Source: a bacterium
Lineage (GTDB): Bacteria > Patescibacteriota > Minisyncoccia > Phycocordibacterales > CAIZLB01
DNA length: 64,000 nt
Reading direction: 5' to 3'
Assembly: GCA_031411135.1 (NCBI GenBank)
Contig: JANOAN010000013.1
Span: 30,581-94,580, forward strand
Positions 58,186 through 64,000 of the stretch are shown here, piece after piece (the stretch's first letter is position 1; each line of letters opens with the position of its first letter). Below the pieces are notes generated by a model. The model searched no databases, had not been told where the DNA came from, and saw only the letters and a program-made list of their open reading frames with translations. The position numbers were made by a program, and so were the translations under genes.

Positions 58186-61100
58186 GCTATTAATTCTTCG
58201 GACAATACGATTAATTTACCGTGATCGTTCGCCCTATCTGCTGTCTGGAATATACTTTCTAGATATTTATTCGGCACAAGCTCACGGAGGGTCTGTAATG
58301 CACCGTCTGGATTAATTTTATCTATCTTCAAATCAGCCATCTCTTTAAGAACTCCCGTAGGAAAACCGTCTAGGTCTTTAATAACTCTTATAAGATCAAT
58401 GCATAGGTCTTTAGCCTGTGGGTATATTTCAGAGAGTAACTTAACCTTATTAAGGGCATCCTGTCTTCTCTTGCTATCAATTGGTGCTTTAGTATTCTCT
58501 TTAAAAATATGCTCTTTCGCCATCTTGTATATTGGATCGAAATTAATACTTGTAGCAAAAGGTTTCTCATCATCCCTCATATCATCAAAGAGAGGTAATG
58601 CGACCTGTGGAGAAACAATTTTTACAGTTTCTGGAGTCTCACCAAAAGCAAAGACATAATTTCCGCTCTTCTTTGCAAAAGCTACAACACCAGAAATTTT
58701 TCCTTTTCTAGCTATTCTGGATCTATAAGGTATCTCTGCTACCCTCTTCATAATTGCAGTATCATCTTTAATCTTGAGCCAAGTATTTCTATATGGAGCA
58801 TCCCAGGACAGACTCTCATTTTTAGAGTTCTCTTCCTTATACTGCTTCGCAAAATAGTTTTTAAGGTCTTCATCTGACGTAAGCGTCTTTGTATCTTCTC
58901 CCAAAAGAGTGTGAATAAGATCCATCTTTAGAGTGGAGATGGCTTTTGTTCTTGTCTCTTGTTCACCTGTTAGCGTAGGGAAAAAGTTAAAGATATAGAG
59001 TTCATCGAATACCTTTTTGTTGATACGGTTTATACGTCCAACTCTCTGGATGACACGAGTAGGGTTATACGGAATGTCATAGTTAATGATCGTACCAGCA
59101 CGGTGAAGGTTAAATCCTTCCGAAATAGCGTCTGTAGCTATAATGAGATCAAAATCGTCTGATTGCTTTGAAGTATCCAGTCCTGCATCAAAGTTTTTTC
59201 TGATCACCTCCTTATTTGCATCAGAAGCATCCTCGGAGCTGTATTTCAAAACACGCATCATCCCATCTTCACTCAATCTTTCATAGATATAATTAGCGGT
59301 ATCAGAAAATTCAGTAAAGATAATTATTTTTCTTTGTTTATTATTTTTTATAGATTCAGTTATCTTACCCCTCAAGAATTCATACTTTGGATCATTTTCA
59401 TTATTTTTCCATTCTGCCTGGATACCTTTCAATAGTTCAATATCCTTTTTAAGATCTTTTTCAAAATTAACGTCTATCTCTTCTACAGGAATTCGCATAA
59501 GCCCCTTATCTTCAAGTCTAGAGAATAATTCCTCTCTTTCACCATCTTCCATTTCATTAAGATCCTCCACATCTGGAAGCACTCCCTTCTTAAATATTGG
59601 CACCTCTTTTCGATTGACATACCAATCAAGCATTATCTCTGATGAATTGATCATGTTCTTAAGAGAGATGTTGAACGCTCCTACAGAACTCTCAAAACGC
59701 CTAACGAGAAGCCTTCGCATAAACCGAGCAACGTTTGCCTGTCCCTGTGTAATACGTTGAATTTTTTCTCCTATAGACATTCCATCTTCATCATCCTCAC
59801 TTTCGGCAAGCTTCCTTATAAAATCTGAACCCGCACGAATGTAACTTGCTGGTTTGTATCGCGCACCGATAAAGCTCGTGCTTCGATCTTCTGGAGCAAT
59901 CTTCTCTAAAGTATTTACATATAAATCAAACATATCCCCTAGGTCATACTCTAGTAATTCTGGATCTCTGACCTTTGCAAAAGATACACCTTGAGCCTTT
60001 AAGTCGTTTTTATAATCTTCAATTTCCTCGAGATCCAGTCTAGATCTACGAATAATGAGAGGCTCTATCATCTTTCTTAATTCATCAGCAATCGCGTGTA
60101 ATTCAGTCCTAACTTCAATGTTTTCTGCATCTGTTGCTGTACTACTTTTTCTTATTTCCTTTCGGATCGCTTTATATCGCTTAAAGAGCATATGGAATGA
60201 CATACTCAAGTTTTCTACCGTCCTAATTGTCGACTGTCCTGGTGTACTGAATAGCTTTATAAGGGCGTAGATGTCTTTAGGGTCATTGTTAAATGGAGTA
60301 GCAGACAAAGCCATCACATAATTACCAGCACAAAGTTGGTGAAGTATTTTGTAGTTTTCAGTGTCTTCGTTTCGATGTTTGTGAGCTTCATCAAGAATGA
60401 GAAGGAGTTTACCGTCCCTATTTCCATGTCTATCTAGTGCTTCTTGAATTTTTCCAGTTGAATATACAAAACCTTTAAAATCAAACTCTGACATGTAATC
60501 TTTCCATTGAGTTTCAAGGTGTGGAGGTGCAACGATAACAGTAGTCATCCCGAGGTTATGAGCTATAGCAGATGCCACTATACTTTTACCAAGCCCTACC
60601 ACATCAGCAATGATCACCCCACCGAACCTTTTGATACGATCGATACCGAGGTTAATAGCATCCTTTTGATATTTTAGATCTGAAAACTTTCCACCAGTAA
60701 TATGCTTCGGTGTTTTCATATCCTCAATTTCAGTTACGGCAAAATATTCTGCAAGAACTTTGTAGTACATGAGAAGCGGATCTGGTAAAGAGTACAGCCA
60801 AATTCTATTCTTAATCTCTTTGACAAAGTTTTCTGACGACTCAAGATCGGTAATTACAATGTTGTCTGGATTATTCCAGTGATCCTCAAACATTTTTACG
60901 TGATTTTGGTAATAGTGATTTTCCTGGAGGATAATATTATGCTCGCCCTGTCCCTTTAATCCAGAGAAAGTTAGGTTACTTGAACCCATAATGATCATTC
61001 CAGGCGTAATACCGTTTGTAGAAAATTCTTTTTTATTATGAAGTATGTAAAATTTTGAATGATTAGCTTGAGCAGTCTTCTTGATCTGCAAACTCCCATC

Positions 61101-61472
61101 TATTATTTTGTCTAGAAAAATCTTAAAGGCATCTTGTGATTCTTCATTATCAAAATAATCAGTGTCGTTAAATATCTTTGAAAAGTTTTCAATATAATCT
61201 TCCTTCACGCCAGATCTAGAATTAACACGAGTTTCTACAACATGGGAGTCGAAGTTCACATCTTTCATTGTAGAAACCTTATCAATAATTTTCTTATCAA
61301 TATCCATTCCTACCAAGATCCTAATCTCTTTGTCTTTCAGTTCATTATGAAGGTCTTTGAAGCCAGAAAAATAGAAATATCCCACAAGAGCATCTACCCG
61401 ATCACAGTTAGGGAGTATGCTTTTTAGGTTCGATGACAGTGTATTTGTACCTTCATTAGTTATAGACGACAT
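58182..61472 (-). CDS. PLD-family (HKD) nuclease domain fused to an SNF2-family helicase (1096 aa)
   Basis: N-terminal HSKFYIL...GSSNLT (HxK..GSxN). SNF2 motifs GLGKS, DEAH (LILDEAHKHRN) and LSATPFNN. Helicase-C (ATDAISEGFNLH...QRVGRINR). A 4-nt ATGA overlap with the MTase gene. Confidence 0.85.
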   Translation of the reverse strand: MSSITNEGTNTLSSNLKSILPNCDRVDALVGYFYFSGFKDLHNELKDKEIRILVGMDIDKKIIDKVSTMKDVNFDSHVVETRVNSRSGVKEDYIENFSKIFNDTDYFDNEESQDAFKIFLDKIIDGSLQIKKTAQANHSKFYILHNKKEFSTNGITPGMIIMGSSNLTFSGLKGQGEHNIILQENHYYQNHVKMFEDHWNNPDNIVITDLESSENFVKEIKNRIWLYSLPDPLLMYYKVLAEYFAVTEIEDMKTPKHITGGKFSDLKYQKDAINLGIDRIKRFGGVIIADVVGLGKSIVASAIAHNLGMTTVIVAPPHLETQWKDYMSEFDFKGFVYSTGKIQEALDRHGNRDGKLLLILDEAHKHRNEDTENYKILHQLCAGNYVMALSATPFNNDPKDIYALIKLFSTPGQSTIRTVENLSMSFHMLFKRYKAIRKEIRKSSTATDAENIEVRTELHAIADELRKMIEPLIIRRSRLDLEEIEDYKNDLKAQGVSFAKVRDPELLEYDLGDMFDLYVNTLEKIAPEDRSTSFIGARYKPASYIRAGSDFIRKLAESEDDEDGMSIGEKIQRITQGQANVARFMRRLLVRRFESSVGAFNISLKNMINSSEIMLDWYVNRKEVPIFKKGVLPDVEDLNEMEDGEREELFSRLEDKGLMRIPVEEIDVNFEKDLKKDIELLKGIQAEWKNNENDPKYEFLRGKITESIKNNKQRKIIIFTEFSDTANYIYERLSEDGMMRVLKYSSEDASDANKEVIRKNFDAGLDTSKQSDDFDLIIATDAISEGFNLHRAGTIINYDIPYNPTRVIQRVGRINRINKKVFDELYIFNFFPTLTGEQETRTKAISTLKMDLIHTLLGEDTKTLTSDEDLKNYFAKQYKEENSKNESLSWDAPYRNTWLKIKDDTAIMKRVAEIPYRSRIARKGKISGVVAFAKKSGNYVFAFGETPETVKIVSPQVALPLFDDMRDDEKPFATSINFDPIYKMAKEHIFKENTKAPIDSKRRQDALNKVKLLSEIYPQAKDLCIDLIRVIKDLDGFPTGVLKEMADLKIDKINPDGALQTLRELVPNKYLESIFQTADRANDHGKLIVLSEELIA

Positions 61473-61546
61473 TTGGACATTTTAGCACTTTACAGCTCAA
61501 AAATACAGGTTTTTAGCTCGTAAATGAAGACATTCTAGCTATGGGT

Positions 61547-62002
61547 TTACGGGAGGTAATTTCGCAATTTTTGGAGTTTCTTTTGAAGCCAACTCTGGTT
61601 TAGATTTTTTAGTTCATTATAACGAAGAGACACCTGGCAGATTATCCTCCTAATATGCTTATTGTTTGGTATCTTATTTTCTTGATCCGTAGCTCTGAAA
61701 AGCTCAAGTACATAGTCAATCCCCTTATCTGGATTTGCCTCTGCAAAATCAAAAGATGTGTAAATTATTCCCTGGATATAATCAACAAAACCAGTCTCCA
61801 TCCATACCGAGGGTCGATAGGTACCAAACTGTAACTTATGGGTCCTCATTGAGAGGATTAAATCATTGATAAAATTATATGACTCGCCCGCCGATTCCTC
61901 TGGTATATCGCAGTTGGGGCACTTTAGATCCTTTTCATAGGCAATAAAAAATTGTCCACATTTCTTACATTCATATTCTGCTGTGCGGATATGGTAAGTC
62001 AT
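61547..62002 (-). CDS. zinc-ribbon protein (CxxC-x12-CxxC), unknown function
   Basis: 151 aa with CKKCGQFFIAYEKDLKCPNCD. Lies 75 nt upstream of the PLD-SNF2 gene. Confidence 0.5.
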   Translation of the reverse strand: MTYHIRTAEYECKKCGQFFIAYEKDLKCPNCDIPEESAGESYNFINDLILSMRTHKLQFGTYRPSVWMETGFVDYIQGIIYTSFDFAEANPDKGIDYVLELFRATDQENKIPNNKHIRRIICQVSLRYNELKNLNQSWLQKKLQKLRNYLP

Positions 62003-62295
62003 TTATTATTTGTGTGATCTCTAACTCTGTCATTTTTAACAAGCTCATAGATATCTTCATCTAAATCATATTTAAGACTCAAAAACCACCAGATTAGTAT
62101 TGCTACAGGGAGAGTAAGGACAGCCATCAAGATTAATAAGCAAATAAATGATAGAAAATCGGCAAAGGTATGAAACTGATTTCCATAAAGGACCTTTATT
62201 GTTGCAAGCGTCCCTAATAATAATGCACATGAAATAAATCCAAACGCCTGGAGCACATCAACATGTTTCTTTATTTTTTTATTGTTTTCATTCAT
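61999..62295 (-). CDS. small 2-TM membrane protein
   Basis: ORF 61999..62352. Start chosen at MNENNKK to avoid overlap with the upstream gene. A 4-nt overlap with the zinc-ribbon gene. Confidence 0.4.
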   Translation of the reverse strand: MNENNKKIKKHVDVLQAFGFISCALLLGTLATIKVLYGNQFHTFADFLSFICLLILMAVLTLPVAILIWWFLSLKYDLDEDIYELVKNDRVRDHTNNK

Positions 62296-62299
62296 AAAT

Positions 62300-62602
62300 T
62301 TAGTAATCGAGAATATCAAGAACATCTCCGTATTTTTCACGAAATTGTTCATGTGTCATATTCATTTTTTTCCTGTACCCTTCAAGTTTTTCGTAATTAG
62401 AAAATTTCATAGCAATTTTGCCTCCCAATATAAAAATAATGCACACCGATACCAAATCAAAACCTCTATAAAAATTAAAACGAGCATCTTCGTCTCCAAT
62501 ACTAAAAAATAGAACGGCTAAACCAACAATTAGCAAGTACTGGAAAAAGTTCTTCCAAAATACTTTGTCTGTTGTTGGTAATCCTTCTTTTTTGTGTACC
62601 AT
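62300..62602 (-). CDS. small 2-TM membrane protein, first gene of the operon
   Basis: 100 aa, hydrophobic core (YLLIVGLAVLFFSIG...VSVCIIFILGG). Confidence 0.45.
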   Translation of the reverse strand: MVHKKEGLPTTDKVFWKNFFQYLLIVGLAVLFFSIGDEDARFNFYRGFDLVSVCIIFILGGKIAMKFSNYEKLEGYRKKMNMTHEQFREKYGDVLDILDY

Positions 62603-62636
62603 AATTTAAGCAACCAAAAAGCCCATTACATGAGTC

Positions 62637-62719
62637 AGTGACTTTCGTCACTCGTACCAGTTTCCCGATACGGCCGATCAGAGCAAACCCCATATAATGG
62701 GTTCTTTGGCTCTGATCGG
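62637..62719. promoter_or_regulatory. nested inverted repeats in a divergent promoter region (putative operator)
   Basis: gtgac-tttc-gtcac. An 11-bp perfect inverted repeat ccgatcagagc...gctctgatcgg encloses the palindrome cccATATAATggg, a -10-like hexamer. Confidence 0.45.
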
Positions 62720-62850
62720 AGCTTCTTTCACCATGCCACCGATTGCTCGATGGTTTAGGCTACTTTTGGACTTATTTAGTTGTATATCAATGATAGCATG
62801 TTACTCCCCGCCGATAAACACTATTCTTTGTTTTAGGGTAAAATATAACC

Positions 62851-63582
62851 ATGAAGAACCAAGACCTATGTAAAGTACTCCAAAATAAGTCCTTGATAAG
62901 AGATTTCCTGTCTGGCCTAGTTGCCGACTCCCAAGTACACAAGTCATCGGAGTTTATAATCCCTTACCTTACTATAAAAAACCTAGCACCTAAAAAATCA
63001 GAAGTTAAAAGTATCCTTACCCTTCTATCGGGGGAAGGTGTGGTAAATATCATAGGTGTAGCATCCAATATATCGGAAAAAATATTCCCAACTAATTTTC
63101 TCGATATGGAGCTATCTCATGACCTTCATGCTAGCACCATTGAAGCTGTAAAAGTAAAAATAGATAGAAGTAAGATAATTAAAGTGTTAAATGCTGTAGA
63201 GGAAGCCTTGGAGACAAAGAGTACACCAGTAATTTTAAACTTATCTCGACGAGGAAGATTATATAGATTTATTAATAACCAAGAAGAATTCCACTCAATG
63301 ATGCCTCGTAGTCTCGACTACAGAATAATTGAATATTTTGCAAAACATCGATCTGAGCATTTATCTGCCAAAGAACTGGCTAATATCCTGGTAATTAAAA
63401 AGATAGATGAAGATAAGAAAACTCTTCCAGAGAAACGTATCAGTGATAGAATACGTGCAATTAAAAAGATTATCTTAAAAAAGTTCACTGGGATTGATCC
63501 AGACAGCTTCATACCTCACGCTAATGAAAATAATGGATATTGCCTCGGGAAAAATATAAAAATTAAGATTTCAGATTCTTAA
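62851..63582 (+). CDS. hypothetical protein with a possible C-terminal winged-helix (regulator-like)
   Basis: 243 aa. The C-terminal LSAKELANILVIKK...RISDRIRAIKKIILKKF resembles a DNA-binding wing. Transcribed divergently from the operon. Confidence 0.4.
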   Translation: MKNQDLCKVLQNKSLIRDFLSGLVADSQVHKSSEFIIPYLTIKNLAPKKSEVKSILTLLSGEGVVNIIGVASNISEKIFPTNFLDMELSHDLHASTIEAVKVKIDRSKIIKVLNAVEEALETKSTPVILNLSRRGRLYRFINNQEEFHSMMPRSLDYRIIEYFAKHRSEHLSAKELANILVIKKIDEDKKTLPEKRISDRIRAIKKIILKKFTGIDPDSFIPHANENNGYCLGKNIKIKISDS

Positions 63583-63696
63583 AACTCCTACTTGTTTATA
63601 ACTTCCTCCAAAGCCTTATAGTAAGGGCTTTTTTTATGCCAAAAACGTAGACGTTGAGGGTGTTTTGAGCCAGTACTTCCTTAATACAATCTAAGC

Positions 63697-63945
63697 ATGC
63701 TGGGAACAAATAGCCCTAGCAAAAGGTCGAAAGACTCCATCATGCTTACCTATCAACAAATCGAAAAATTTCAACTGATCTACAAAGAAGTGGTCGGTGA
63801 AGAAATATCCAAAGAAGACGCACTACTTCAAGGTGCGAAGCTTGTTCGATTGATGGAGATTATTTATCAACCAAGTAATAACACACAACAATTATCACAA
63901 CCGACAGAAATTAGTAACGAAAAAGAATTATCAAGTAAAAATTAA
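63697..63945 (+). CDS. hypothetical small protein
   Basis: 82-aa ORF. No motif. Confidence 0.35.
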   Translation: MLGTNSPSKRSKDSIMLTYQQIEKFQLIYKEVVGEEISKEDALLQGAKLVRLMEIIYQPSNNTQQLSQPTEISNEKELSSKN

Positions 63946-64000
63946 TCAAATGAATAAGAAGGAAATAGAAAAAATAATCCAGGAGCAGTCAATAAAACTC

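Noticed and set aside
1-64000. Alternative genetic code with UGA=Gly (code 25, SR1/Gracilibacteria) suggested by the in-frame TGA of the LpxC-like gene
   Set aside because: A 2540-aa Gly-rich ORF and many other long ORFs are open under the standard code, so TGA is evidently used as a stop in native genes. The interrupted gene is compositionally foreign.
1-64000. CRISPR arrays, rRNA genes, integrase/transposase genes
   Set aside because: No regularly spaced short direct repeats, no rRNA-like conserved stretches, and no recombinase motifs were seen on either strand.

Overview
This 64 kb window is low-GC (~35–38%) bacterial DNA with dense, mostly short genes. Native genes almost never have a Shine-Dalgarno sequence, and there are many small membrane or secreted proteins. 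That fits an uncultivated, cell-wall-bearing lineage, Patescibacteria/CPR-like or Firmicutes-like; this assignment is inference only.

Housekeeping genes present: rpsA (3' part), pth, lepB, a HisRS-like paralogue, pyrG, ftsE, ftsX, prfB, gltX, pyk and a dPGM-type phosphoglycerate mutase, mscL, tspO, tRNA-Gln(CUG) and tRNA-Thr(GGU).

Two accessory regions stand out.

1. A six-gene minus-strand operon (5138–17296) of secreted or anchored proteins. It is built around a 2540-aa giant surface protein with tail-fibre-like repeats, a 7-bladed beta-propeller and a Thr/Pro stalk. It also has two paralogous WxL-like small secreted proteins, a DUF916/DUF3324-like anchored protein, and an FN3-containing type-I membrane protein.

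2. A tightly coupled operon (53026–62602) encoding a 1096-aa PLD-nuclease–SNF2 helicase fusion, a 1037-aa gamma-class N6-adenine methyltransferase (PglX/DrmMI/Eco57I-like) and four to seven small proteins of unknown function. This looks like an uncharacterised DISARM- or BREX-related restriction/defence system.

Other notable items:
- GC-rich (≈50–55%) patches that look horizontally acquired. These are an LpxC-like gene with a strong SD and an in-frame TGA; an IMPase plus NT5C-like phosphatase pair with its own GC-rich terminator; and a 2OG-Fe(II) oxygenase beside an ORF6N gene.
- A ~95-nt hairpin-plus-motif direct repeat flanking a photolyase-related cassette.
- A DinJ/YafQ toxin–antitoxin pair next to tRNA-Thr.
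- Apparent single-base frameshifts in an SDR gene and in mscL.
- A GC-rich, terminator-ended candidate sRNA on the plus strand at about 4855–5136.

No rRNA or CRISPR array was seen.
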